DNA of 64,000 nucleotides, from the NCBI GenBank assembly GCA_963842525.1, contig CAWJGT010000019.1, positions 288,001-352,000 on the forward strand. Reading direction: 5' to 3'. The position numbers were made by a program, and so were the translations under genes. The notes under the pieces are model-generated. The model saw only the letters and a program-made list of their open reading frames with translations, was not told the origin of the DNA and made no database searches. The DNA is from an uncultured Holophagales bacterium. Its GTDB lineage: Bacteria > Acidobacteriota > Thermoanaerobaculia > Multivoradales > UBA5704. Below, in pieces: positions 28,534 through 38,672 of this stretch (positions within the stretch are counted from its first letter, which is position 1; the number at the start of each line of letters is the position of its first letter).

Positions 28534-30141
28534 GTGAAACAATCCGGTTCCCGGAAGGAGGGTCGTGCTCTGCGCAGGGTCGGAGTGTTCGGATGGGGTG
28601 TCGTCGCGCCCCGGTCCCCCAACATCGAAGCGTTCGCCAGGAACCTCGCCGATTCGGCGAGCTGGCTGAGCCCGTTCCAGGGGTTCGGACCGAACAACTT
28701 CCTCGTCGGCATGCCCGAGTTCTCGTTCCAGGACTACCACGACTGGCTCGACGCGCGCTTCCCGCCCAGCCGCTTCCGGCAGCTCCAGGAGAAGATGGAC
28801 CTGACGACTCTCTACGCGGTCGGCTCGTTCATCCAGTCCCTGGGCCAGAACCCGGGGATCGAAGAAGAGCTGGCCCGGCTGGGCACCGAGGCCCACGTCT
28901 ACGTCGGCACCGGCATCGGCAACATCATCACGATTTCCGAGCAGACCCGCGTGCTCGACCGGGCGCAGCGGCGCTGGGACCGCTTCTGGGCCGAGCGCAA
29001 CCCGGATCTCCAGGCCTGGCGCGGCACGCCGCCCGGGCAGCGGATCGCCGCGCCGGGCATGCCGCCGGACCCGGACTGCCTGCCGCCGGAGGAGCGGCCG
29101 GACGCCGAGATCGCCTTGTGGCACTGGTGGGCCGGCCGGTCGTCCGACCTCCAGGTCTATCTGCAGGAGCTGGCCGCAATCGAGTCGCTCACCGTGGAGG
29201 GCGACGTCGAGAGCGGCAAGATGAGCGTGCTCAAGGAGAAGCAGCGGCGGCAGAAGCAGCTCCAGGAGCGCTGGGGCGCGCCCCAGCCGCCCTGGCAGGC
29301 GATCTCGGCCAACCTGGTCTGGAACCTCCACAACACGCCGGCCTCGCAGATCTCGATGCTGGGCAAGATCACCGGCCTCGCCTTCTCCCCGGTGGCCGCC
29401 TGCTCGACCTTCGGCGTGGCCTTGAAGCTCGCCGTGGACGCGATCCAGCGCGGCGAGGCCAAGGCGGTGGTGATGGGCGCGACCGATCCGCCGCCGCACC
29501 CGCTCTCCGTGGGAGCCTTCTACGGGGCGCGGGTGATCTCGTCCGACACGAGCGTCTCCAAGCCCCTGACCGGCATGCGCGGGACCCACGTCGGCGGCGG
29601 CTCCGTCATCTGGATTGTCGGTGACTACGAGCACATGACGGCGCGCGGGTTCCGCCCGCTGGGCATGGAGCCGGTGGGGGTGGGGGTCAGCTCCGACGCC
29701 GACCACATCATCACCCCGTCGGTCGAGGGGCCGACCGAGGCCATCCGCCAGGCCTTCGAAATCTCCGGCGTGAGCCCGGAGGAGATCGGCACCTGGGACC
29801 TCCACGCCACCGCCACCCCCGGCGACTACCAGGAGATCCACAACCTGCGGTCGGTCCTGCCGTCCTCCGTCCTGGTGACCGCCCGCAAGGGCACCTTCGG
29901 CCACGGCATGTCGGCGGCCGGCGGCTGGGAGCTGACCGCCCAGTACCTCGGCTACGAGCGCGGCGCGCTCTTCCCGACGCCGCTCCACCCGGAGGAGCTG
30001 AACCCGCAGATCGAGGCGGTCCACACCCGGTTCGTCTGCGACCAGGCCGTCCCCCTGCCTCCCGGTCTGGCCGGCAAGCTGTCGATGGGCGTGGGCGGGA
30101 TCAACGCCTGCATCATCTCGCGGCCCTGGGACAGGGGGTGA
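28534..30141 (+). CDS. Stand-alone beta-ketoacyl synthase (FabF-like) with a large insertion
   Basis: Catalytic Cys-His-His motifs VAACSTFG, DLHATAT and KGTFGHGM; C-terminal SMGVGGINA. Confidence 0.85.
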   Translation: MKQSGSRKEGRALRRVGVFGWGVVAPRSPNIEAFARNLADSASWLSPFQGFGPNNFLVGMPEFSFQDYHDWLDARFPPSRFRQLQEKMDLTTLYAVGSFIQSLGQNPGIEEELARLGTEAHVYVGTGIGNIITISEQTRVLDRAQRRWDRFWAERNPDLQAWRGTPPGQRIAAPGMPPDPDCLPPEERPDAEIALWHWWAGRSSDLQVYLQELAAIESLTVEGDVESGKMSVLKEKQRRQKQLQERWGAPQPPWQAISANLVWNLHNTPASQISMLGKITGLAFSPVAACSTFGVALKLAVDAIQRGEAKAVVMGATDPPPHPLSVGAFYGARVISSDTSVSKPLTGMRGTHVGGGSVIWIVGDYEHMTARGFRPLGMEPVGVGVSSDADHIITPSVEGPTEAIRQAFEISGVSPEEIGTWDLHATATPGDYQEIHNLRSVLPSSVLVTARKGTFGHGMSAAGGWELTAQYLGYERGALFPTPLHPEELNPQIEAVHTRFVCDQAVPLPPGLAGKLSMGVGGINACIISRPWDRG

Positions 30142-30155
30142 GAGGCTACGCCTCG

Positions 30156-30278
30156 CCCAGGGTTCACACCCTGGGCTACCGAATGGCGCCCTCCGGGCTC
30201 GTAAGAACGGCTGTCGAAGAGCCCGGGATTTGAGAGCCCAGAGGGCGAAACTGGGTAGCCCCGGGTGTCAACCCGGGG
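30156..30278. repeat. Inverted pair of GTAG-type REP palindromes (REPIN/BIME-like)
   Basis: GTAGCCCAGGGTGTGAACCCTGGG (minus strand) and GTAGCCCCGGGTGTCAACCCGGGG (plus strand) between convergent genes. Confidence 0.75.
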
Positions 30279-30282
30279 CGAT

Positions 30283-30927
30283 CTACGCCCGGTTCCGCTC
30301 CTTCGGCGGTGCGCTGCGGTCCGCCTCCGCCTTCCGTTCCTTCGCCGGAGCTTCGGCCTCCAGCGCACCCAGCTCCTCCTCGAGCTTGGCCTCCGAGACG
30401 TAGTGGATGCGGCTGTCCTTCTGGTACTTCTCCGCCTGCGCGATCAGCCGGTTGAGAAGGCGCGAGTGGCGGGTGTCGAAGGTGAGCTGCCTCAGCTCGG
30501 GGTAGAGGAGGCCCGCCACCGCCAGCACGAAGGCGAAGACGTCTTCCCAGATCGGGATGAAAGGGGCCGCGATGATCAGCCCGCCCAGGACCAGGCCCAG
30601 GAGAGCGAAGGCGGCCCGCGCCACCGGATCGGCCTGGCGCCAGACGTCGTAGCCGGTCTTTTCGAGCCGCGTCTGCTCGATCGCCTTCGGGATGTACTGC
30701 GGCATCGAGGTCTCCAGCACCTCCCGTTCGAGCTCCTGCCAGTAGGGGAGCGTGCCGCCGCACTCCTCATAGCTCTGCCGGACCTCGGCGAGCTTGCGGC
30801 GGGCGGCTTCCATCAGGCGGGCCTGCGCCTCGTTCGGCAGCAGGCTCCGCCGCACGTGCTCGCACTCCTGGAGCACGGCATAAAGGACGGTGCCGAAATC
30901 GTACGAAGGGCCGGCGAGGTTCAACAT
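30283..30927 (-). CDS. Hypothetical membrane protein (2 TM helices)
   Basis: GGAGG RBS, host-like codon usage, two hydrophobic segments. Confidence 0.75.
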   Translation of the reverse strand: MLNLAGPSYDFGTVLYAVLQECEHVRRSLLPNEAQARLMEAARRKLAEVRQSYEECGGTLPYWQELEREVLETSMPQYIPKAIEQTRLEKTGYDVWRQADPVARAAFALLGLVLGGLIIAAPFIPIWEDVFAFVLAVAGLLYPELRQLTFDTRHSRLLNRLIAQAEKYQKDSRIHYVSEAKLEEELGALEAEAPAKERKAEADRSAPPKERNRA

Positions 30928-30931
30928 GGCT

Positions 30932-31153
30932 TCACGGCCTCCCGTCGTTCGCCGGCTGCTGCTGGTTCTGGTAGTACTGGATCACGCCGAGCTGCTGGAG
31001 CAGCTTGTTGCCGTCGATGATCACATTACCGGCCGGCAGCTTCGGGATCTGACGGATCTCTTTTTTCTGCAGCGCCTCGATGAGCTTGCCGCGGACCTGC
31101 TGGGCAAACGGAGACTGCACCCGAAACCGGGGGTTCTTGATGGATTGGAACAT
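30932..31153 (-). CDS. Small hypothetical protein
   Basis: 73-aa ORF directly upstream of and co-oriented with 30283-30927. Confidence 0.55.
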   Translation of the reverse strand: MFQSIKNPRFRVQSPFAQQVRGKLIEALQKKEIRQIPKLPAGNVIIDGNKLLQQLGVIQYYQNQQQPANDGRP

Positions 31154-31234
31154 GGTTTTTTTATGCTTTCGGTTGGAATGCTACGTAGCTAGATACGAAG
31201 CGGGCCGGCAAGAGTTGCGAAAAGCTGGGGGACC

Positions 31235-31750
31235 TCAGAACCGCCCCCGCGCCTGGGCACGAAACCGGAGGCCGTCGCCGAAGCGCGCCCGCATCAGGTC
31301 GAGATAGCAGTCGAGGACCTTGACCTCCTCGGCGAGCGGCACCTCGTCGGTCTGGGTGGTGCGCAGCGAGGCCCGCAGCAGCTCGGCGAGGCGGTCGAGC
31401 ATCTCGTCGGCCGCCGCAGGGTCGCTGTACATGGTCGAAGAGATGGCGTTCAAGGCGTTGAACAGGAAATGGGGCTGGAGCTGGAGCCGGAGCGACCGCA
31501 GCTCGGCCCGCGCCAGGCTCCCGGCGAGCTGCGCCTCCCGCACCTCGCGCTCCCGGGCGCGGCGCAGGGCGGCGACGCCATGGAGCACCGCCACCATCAC
31601 GGCGAGCCCGATGGCCTGCATGGGCAGCTCCATGGCATAGCGCAGGGGCATCTTCCCGTAGTCGTAATTTCCCAGGCCGGCCAGTGGGAAGAGGACCTCG
31701 CGCTGCCCCCACATCAGGCTGGTGTGGCAGACCGCGAAGAGGAACTCCAC
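31235..31750 (-). pseudogene. LytS/YehU-type histidine kinase fragment
   Basis: LRLQLQPHFLFNALNAIS, EVPLAEE..YL.L..ARFGD; HATPase domain absent. Confidence 0.75.
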
Positions 31751-31922
31751 GCTCTCGACGTCGCCGACGCCAGGGGATCGGTTCCCGACACTCGAAGCTG
31801 CGGCCGCAGCTCTCAGCGTTTCTCTCTGCCTTCATCCTCCGGGCCGTGAGCGCTCAAGCGCGGCGAAGTAGACCCGGACACTTGATTGAGGTATCATTGT
31901 TTAGAATCCAAGGAGAATCCCC

Positions 31923-32732
31923 ATGAACAGGCGCCTCGTCAAGGTGGTCGTCTGGCTGGTACTTCTGGTGTTCCTCGCGGTCCAGGCGCCGAGCGCCGGA
32001 GAAGAGAGGAGGGTCGGAACACGGGATTTGGGCAGGTTGGCGAAAGCGGCCTCGGCGGCGCAACTCATCAGGGCCCTGCCCAAGATCCTGGAACGGTTCA
32101 AGGCGCGGCGCCAGGAGCTGTTGGCCCGCGGTGGAGGCGACTCCTATCCGCAGGCCGGGGTCGCCGAGCTGCTCGACTCCACCGAGGCCTCTCTCCAGAA
32201 GGAGCTCAAGAAGAAAGACTTCGCTCCCTTGCGCGATTACGCCGCGGAGGTCTTCGACGAAGCGCGCAGCGGTCTCGGGTTCCCAACCAAAACAGCTCTC
32301 CGCTCCCTGCCCGTACCGCGGGCGACGGTCGCTTCGCTCCACCTCAACCTGGCTCCGGAGGCCACGAGCTCCACGATGGAACGCGGCCTGGTCGACCTCT
32401 TTGTCGGCCCGATCGAAAGATTCCTGGATGATCTCGTGAGGCGGGCTCAGGGAGACGATCTCACCGTCGCTCTCTGTGTTGTGAGCGAGCCACCGAAAGC
32501 GACGGTCTCGCTACGCTCGCCGGGCGGCCGGAAGATCGATCCCACGAAAACAAACGGCAGGTTCATGAGCCTCGTGCGTGGCAACTACTTCTATGCAGTG
32601 AGCAAACGGGGCTTTCGGAAGATCGAGGAACGGATCAGCATCTATGACAAGAAAAACCCGGTCCTGAGATGCGATCTGAACGATGGCGAGGTCTGTGGAG
32701 TCGAGGATGGCTGGCCCAAGGACTGCCGTTAG
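31923..32732 (+). CDS. Secreted hypothetical protein with a PEGA-like C-terminal beta domain
   Basis: AAGGAG RBS, signal peptide, VVSEP..ATV...G.Y...V.K.GF pattern. Confidence 0.65.
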   Translation: MNRRLVKVVVWLVLLVFLAVQAPSAGEERRVGTRDLGRLAKAASAAQLIRALPKILERFKARRQELLARGGGDSYPQAGVAELLDSTEASLQKELKKKDFAPLRDYAAEVFDEARSGLGFPTKTALRSLPVPRATVASLHLNLAPEATSSTMERGLVDLFVGPIERFLDDLVRRAQGDDLTVALCVVSEPPKATVSLRSPGGRKIDPTKTNGRFMSLVRGNYFYAVSKRGFRKIEERISIYDKKNPVLRCDLNDGEVCGVEDGWPKDCR

Positions 32733-33718
32733 CGGCTCCGGCCGCACGGCCTCCCCTCTCCGCCGCCTCGCGCTGACCTTCGTGGTCGGATTCCTCCTGG
32801 GGCTCGCTCCCTTCTTCGTCTGGATCCTGGACCCTCTGACGGATCTTATTCCTCAGAGCCTGCGCAGAGGCCTGATGACAACGACCGCTTTGCTCGGCGG
32901 GTTGATTGCACTGACCGCCCGCAGCGGTGAGCCGTTCGGCCGCTCTGGCCGCAAGGTGCTGAAGGTATGGGCGGTCGCGGCCTTGGCCGGCCTGATCCTG
33001 CTGACCTACTTTCAAACTCTGTTCATCGTCCCGGTCCGGCTGTGGAGCGGCCAGGCTTCGGAGGTGGTCGTCGCAGGGAAGAGGCTGACGGGCTGCCCGT
33101 GCGGCAAGGATGTTTCAAATCAAAAGTGTCTGTCCGAGCTCAACCTGGATCCACTCGACATGGATCAATGCTGGGAGAAGCTCCCGGCGCCAGTGGAACC
33201 GGTTTGCCTGGACCTTCGGCTACCTGCTGTTGGTCGGAGGAGGCCAGTCCTTCCTGGGGCTGCTCTGGGGCGGCAGCTTCAGGCGATCGCGGACTGTATC
33301 TCAGCCTACTGCCGGCGCGGCGCGCACTCTTTTCCTCAGCTACTCACGGGTCGACCGGGATTTCGCCGAGCGCCTCGCGGGCGACCTGGAGAAGAGCGGC
33401 ATCACGGTCTGGTGGGACTCCTGGGAGATGGAGGTCGGAGACTCGCTTCCCCGGAAGATCGAGGAGGCGGTTTCCCGCAGCGCCTGGTTCGGGATCATCC
33501 TTTCGCCCGACGCGGTCGCCTCTCCCTGGGTGCGGGCCGAGCTCGATCTCGCGCTCACGATGGAGATCGAAGGCGGGCTCACCATCCTGCCGATCCTGCA
33601 CAGGCCCTGCGAGCTTCCGCTCTCGCTCCGCGGCAAGGTCTGGGCGGACTTCACCGCCTCCTATCAGGAGAGTCTGAAGTCTCTCCTGCGCCGCCTCGCT
33701 TCAGAGCTGCGACCGTAG
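32707..33718 (+). CDS. Membrane protein with a C-terminal TIR (TIR_2) domain; frameshift near 33180
   Basis: N-terminal TM helices, then LFLSYSRVD..FAERLA.DL, VWWD, LSPD...SPWVRAEL, ILPIL. Confidence 0.8.
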
Positions 33719-33755
33719 CAGCGCGGCGGCGATCCCGTCGTGTATTGTGGAACCG

Positions 33756-33997
33756 TCAGGCCGCCAGGGCTTCGCCGGAGACCTCACCGGGAGTTGGGGG
33801 GACCGCCGCCATCTGGCGCAGGCGGCGGGGCGTCTCGTCCTTGATGTGGACCGCGGACGGGCGGTCCTCTATCTGCCCCTCACCCCGGCTGTCCAGCGCC
33901 ACGGCGATTCCGGCGACCACCAACGCGAGGAGCGCCAATCCGACGATCCACGGCAGCATGCCGCGGCGCTTGCGTTCGATCCTGATCTCTGTCACGT
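33756..33997 (-). CDS. Small membrane-anchored hypothetical protein
   Basis: AAAGGAG RBS; TEIRIERKRR followed by a hydrophobic helix. Confidence 0.55.
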
Positions 33998-34235
33998 GCG
34001 TCTCCTTTCTCCCGGTGCGATCCCTGGCAGCGTCGAGCTCGCTCTCACACGCGAGGGGGCTTTGCAAGGTCCGGGCCTGACCGGGAGAGGGGGGATCACC
34101 CGATTAGATATGCCAGCGGTGTTCAGGCGGTCTCATTGGTTCCACCACAGAGGGGAAAGGGTTTCAGGGATCGCCAGTTGTGACCACCTTCGGCCAGTAA
34201 GCGTGGAGTTGTGTGACCCGGGCGTGACCCAGTTA

Positions 34236-34244
34236 TGCTATACT
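34236..34244 (+). promoter_or_regulatory. Extended -10 (TG-C-TATACT) of a leaderless integrase transcript
   Basis: TATACT ends 7 nt before ATG 34252; no Shine-Dalgarno. Confidence 0.6.
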
Positions 34245-34251
34245 TACGCCC

Positions 34252-35565
34252 ATGAGCTACAACATCAAATTTGAGGATCGCACCCTGCGCGGTCTCCGCG
34301 TTCCCGATGGCAAGGACAGGCAGGAATGGAGTGATACTGTGGTCCCGGGACTTCGCTTCCGCAAGAGCGATAAGGGTCATGGCGCCTTCTCCGTCGTCTA
34401 CAGGGTCAAAGGGCAGGAGAGGCAGGACCGCCGGACGATCGGGCCCGTCTCCCGGGTCTCGGTCGCTCAGGCTCGGGAGGAGGCCCGGCAGGACCTCATC
34501 GCCGCCAGCTCAGGGCAGGGTCCGAAGAAACTCCGGACGGCGCCGCCTGTGGGACCCGAGGTGCCCGAGGCACCCGAGATGACGTTCGCCGAGCTCTTCG
34601 AGCTCTATATGGAACGCCACGCCCGTGAGAATCTCGTGACCTGGCCCGAGATCCAGCGCAAGATCCGCAAGGATGCGCTTCCCATCATCGGCCACATGCC
34701 GGCCGGGGAGGTGCGCAAGAGCCATCTCCAGCTGGTCATCGACCGGCTGATGACCGGAGGGCACGCCGTGACCGCTCGCGACCTGCTGATCGCGATTTCG
34801 GGAATCTATACCTGGGCCGAGGGGCGAGAGCTCGTCGAGTACAACCCTGTCCTGCGCTTCCCCTATCCGAAGCCGGCGCAGCCTCCGCAGCGCAGGAGCT
34901 TGGCCGACGACCAGCTCCGGACGTTGTGGTTCGCGCTCCTGGAGATCACCGACCATCCGGCGGCCGGCCAACGGGCGTCCCGGCGCAACGGGCGGTTCAC
35001 CTCAAGCAGGGATTTGTTGACCTTGGTGGTGCTGACGCGGCTCTCGTTGGGCCAACGCACCACCGAAACGGTCGGTATGCGCCGCCAGGACCTGGAGGCT
35101 CAGTGGTGGAATCTGCCGGGCTACATCGGGCGGCGGCGGTACACAAAGACGGGACGGGATCACCGGGTGCCGCTGGTTCCGCTGTGGAGCGAGTATGTGC
35201 TGCCGCGCGTCGAAAGGCTGACTGCCGGGCGGCCGTATGTCTTCGCCAGCGATCGGCGGGAGGACCGGCCGCTCAGTGCGTTGTCCATCGGGACCTTCTG
35301 TGCGCGGGTCGCCTCCAAGATGGGGTTTCCCTTCGTGGCGCGCAATCTGCGGACGACGTTCCTCACCTCTATGGCTCGGCTTGGGGTGCCACAGGAGGTC
35401 CGGCGGCGTCTGGTCAACCACAGCGATGGGACCATCGAGACGATCCACTGCAACCTTTATGACTACGACGCCGAGAAGTGGGCGGCCGGACTGCGTTGGG
35501 ACGCCCATCTGCGCAGCATCTTCTACGGCGAGACGGCTCGGGTGGAGCCTGCTCAAACCGCCTAG
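34252..35565 (+). mobile_element. Tyrosine integrase with an Arm-DNA-binding N-terminal domain; catalytic motifs degenerate
   Basis: WSD..VPGL.F, TIG....S.A.AR, GQRTTE, KTG, RNLR, VNH, HCNLYDY. Confidence 0.88.
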
Positions 35566-35906
35566 GCAGCCCAATCACGCCGGCCCTCTTAAGGGCTGCT
35601 GCGGTCTGCTGACGTTTTTCATTGGTTTTCTCTAGATCCAGAGGGTTATGACGCCTTCGTAAGGCGAGGCGCCCTGAGAAAGCTCAGCGGAGCCCCGAGG
35701 GATTCCGGTGCTTCGGGCGGTGCTTGCGCCTCTGCGGGTCGCATGGCCGCCTGGACAACGTGCAGGGGCGGCACTAGCTGCTCCGGACGCAAGGGGTGTA
35801 CGGCGGGAGCCGTCCCCTTCTCCCCTCTTACCCCGCCGGGCTGGGTGGGGGAAGGTTGAACGGGCCGCCGGAGAGCAGGTTGCTCTCCGGGGCGCAGTTG
35901 AGCCTT

Positions 35907-36360
35907 TCATTTCCGCCTCGTCCTTTCTCTGTAGGTCTGGTCGAAGGGCACCGGGATGGTGCCGCGGGTCAGGGTCGAGCCAATGTCCCAGTGCCGTTTG
36001 CAGAAAGCGAGGAGGGGTTCGTCGAGGGTGATGATGGTGGCGCGGTCGTCTTCCTGGCGAGCGATGATGACGTTGTAGAGGCAGGCGATCCCCCGGTCTC
36101 CTAGGACGTGGGTGAGGTCGTCGATCACGAGGAGATCGGCGATGCAGTCCTGGTGGGCCCGGGTCTTGGTCTCTTCTCCGAGGAAGCCGAAGAGGGCATC
36201 GACGAGTTGGGAGGCTCGCCACTCGGCGGCCGTCTGGACGTGCGGGAGCCTCTGCCAGAGGAGCTCGGCGGCGAGCATGCTCTTTCCTGCGTTTCCTACA
36301 CCGTGCAGGACGGCGTCCCAGGCGCCCGGCCTCCGGTCCAGGGAGGCTAGGTCGTGACCG
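35907..36360 (-). pseudogene. DnaC/IstB-like ATPase fragment
   Basis: GVGK-like Walker A (frameshifted), DLLVIDDL, LYNVIIAR...ATIIT. Confidence 0.6.
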
Positions 36361-36544
36361 AGGACGTGAGGCAGGCGTTGGAGGTCGGTGCCTCCGGCGA
36401 GCCCCCGGGGGTGGGCGGGCTGGAGGGCTTCGGCCAGAGGGGCGAGGAGATCCTCTCCCGCGATCGGTACGGCGGCCCAGGGGGCTGCAGGAGGTGGCGG
36501 CTGAGATGGTAGGGCGGGTGGCGGGGGGTAGCATCCCGAGATCG

Positions 36545-37089
36545 CTACGCGGGCCGAAGGCAGCGCCCTGCGGTGCCGGAATGTTTTCGAGGAAGGCCTT
36601 GAGCAGGGCTTCGGGGTCTTGCTTTTTGTCTCTCTGGCCGGCCCGGATCTCTCGTTTCCGCCTCTCGGCGTCTGCCTTGCAGTGAGCGAGGTATCTCTCC
36701 CAGATGACGATCTTGAGGGGAGAATCGGGCAGGGAGCGCCAATGCCTGGACCAGCCGGCGATCTGGCTCGGGTTGTTGGGATGGTTGTAGCGGATGCCGT
36801 TGGTCAGGAAGATCAGGCCAGCTTTCCAATCGACTTGGACCAAGCCTTCGGGGAGCAGCTCAGCAGAGCGGTCGAGGAGTGCTTCCGGAGGCCATTCCAA
36901 GGACTCGGCCAGCGCCGCGGCGCCGATACGGATGACCCCGGCAGCGGACCAAGCTCCGGGCAGATGAGGAGGTGCTTGAAAAGTCCCCGGCCGGAGGGAG
37001 GCTCTGGAGAGAGGGCAAGGACTTTCGCGTCTCCGTGGATTTGGCTGCAGGAGGGGTTCGGAGAACGGTTTCCGGACGGTGGCGGACAC
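36545..37089 (-). pseudogene. Phage replication initiator-like fragment (frameshifted)
   Basis: Helical N-terminus with LIFL.N..RYN.P.NP motif; lies upstream of the DnaC-like fragment, as in phage replication modules. Confidence 0.4.
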
Positions 37090-37285
37090 CGTCCGCGCGC
37101 GCGTGCGCGCATCTATCTACTCATTCTCAACCTGGATACTGAACAGGCAGTCTCAGAAAGATAAGCCTTTTCGCGCGCGAGGCGCCAGCCCGCGAGGGGA
37201 GGGAGAAGGGACGGACGAGCACGGACCTCAAGGAGGGCAAGACCACCCCAAAGACCAGCAGGAGCGGACGGCCGGAGTCTTGTAT

Positions 37286-38668
37286 TCAGGCAGAGAGGAA
37301 CCGGCCCTCCTTGTACATCTCCCGCTGCACACCCTGGAACAGGTCGGCGGCGCGAATCTCCTGCGGATCGCGGACCACGGCCTTCAGGCAGGCATAGCGC
37401 AGCACGTTGACGATGCTGCCGCCCGCCAGCTCGTGGTCGCGGGCCAGCTTGCCCAGGTCCACGCCGGCAGCGAGACGGTAGGGCTTGTCCTTGAAGTTGT
37501 CCTCCCACAGGCGCAGCCGTTGCTCGGCGTCAGGTATTGGAAAATGGACCATGGCCTGGAAGCGCCGGGCGAAGGCCTCGTCGAGGTGCGAGCGGAGGTT
37601 GGTCGCCAGGATGACCAGGCCCGGGAAATCCTCGATGCGTTGCAAGAGATACGACACCTGCTGATTGGCGGCGCGGTCGTTCGCATCCCGCGACTCCGTG
37701 CGCCGGCCGAAGAGCGAGTCGGCCTCGTCGAAAAAGAGGATCCAGTCCTGGTGCCGGGCGTGATCGAACAGGCTCGCCAGGTTCTTCTCCGTCTCGCCGA
37801 TCCATTTCGAGACGACTTTCGACAGGTCGACACGGTAGACGGGGCGGCCCGTGGCCTTGCCCAACAGGGAGGCGGTGAGCGTCTTGCCGGTGCCGGGCGG
37901 GCCATAAAAAAGGGCACGGAAGCCCGGCTTCAACCGTTTGGCGAGCTGCCACCCGTTCATCAGCGTCTCTTCGTGCCGCACCCAGGCAAGGATGTCCTCG
38001 ACCTCGTCGCGCGACGGCGGATTGAGCACCAGGTCGTCCCATTCGTACGGTGTGGTGATGCGCTGCGCCGGGAACTCCGGGCTCAAGGGCGGCTGGTAGG
38101 AGCGCCCGGTGGTGAGCCGCTCGACATATTCGGCGGTGAGCTGCAGCCCCGCGGAATGCCACGGCTCGTCCTGGTGCCGGTGATCGAGCCGCAGGACGTT
38201 GTGTACATAGAGAGCGTGCTCGTGGCTGAACAGCTCGTAATAGCGCAGCCGTGCCGCGACGTCCTCGCCGGCGAGCAGGAACAGGGCGGTCTCCGCCGAG
38301 GGGAGGAAGCCGCCATGCGAGACTCCGGTCAGACCGCCGAACTCCGTGAAGCGGCGGTCGAGCGCCCGGTTCTGGATGAAGAACACGTCGAGCACGTCCG
38401 GCCGGATGTGCGGGATGAAGCTCAGGACGAGCACCAGCCGCCCGGCCGCTCCCAGGCCGAACCGGTGCACCACGTCCGCATAGGGGGAACCGGCCGCCGG
38501 CAGCGGCGGCGGCGCGAAGGCTTCCAGAGGATCGCCGGTCACCTCCTCCTGCCCGGCGTGCAGCTTCATCCGCAGCTCCAGGACCGCCCGGAACCAGGCA
38601 ATCTCGCGCTCGATGACATCGGCATTCGTGGCGTTCGCGGTCAGACCGGCAAGGTCGTCTGTGCTCAT
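37286..38668 (-). CDS. afp15: eCIS AAA+ ATPase (Afp15/Pvc15)
   Basis: GPPGTGKT, VVSKWIGETEKNL, FFDEAD, QRIE, RRF; last gene of the eCIS operon. Confidence 0.93.
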   Translation of the reverse strand: MSTDDLAGLTANATNADVIEREIAWFRAVLELRMKLHAGQEEVTGDPLEAFAPPPLPAAGSPYADVVHRFGLGAAGRLVLVLSFIPHIRPDVLDVFFIQNRALDRRFTEFGGLTGVSHGGFLPSAETALFLLAGEDVAARLRYYELFSHEHALYVHNVLRLDHRHQDEPWHSAGLQLTAEYVERLTTGRSYQPPLSPEFPAQRITTPYEWDDLVLNPPSRDEVEDILAWVRHEETLMNGWQLAKRLKPGFRALFYGPPGTGKTLTASLLGKATGRPVYRVDLSKVVSKWIGETEKNLASLFDHARHQDWILFFDEADSLFGRRTESRDANDRAANQQVSYLLQRIEDFPGLVILATNLRSHLDEAFARRFQAMVHFPIPDAEQRLRLWEDNFKDKPYRLAAGVDLGKLARDHELAGGSIVNVLRYACLKAVVRDPQEIRAADLFQGVQREMYKEGRFLSA

Positions 38669-38672
38669 GGGC

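Noticed and set aside
34080-34250. tRNA/tmRNA attachment site next to the integrase
   Set aside because: No cloverleaf, T-loop GTTCGA or CCA end could be identified by eye
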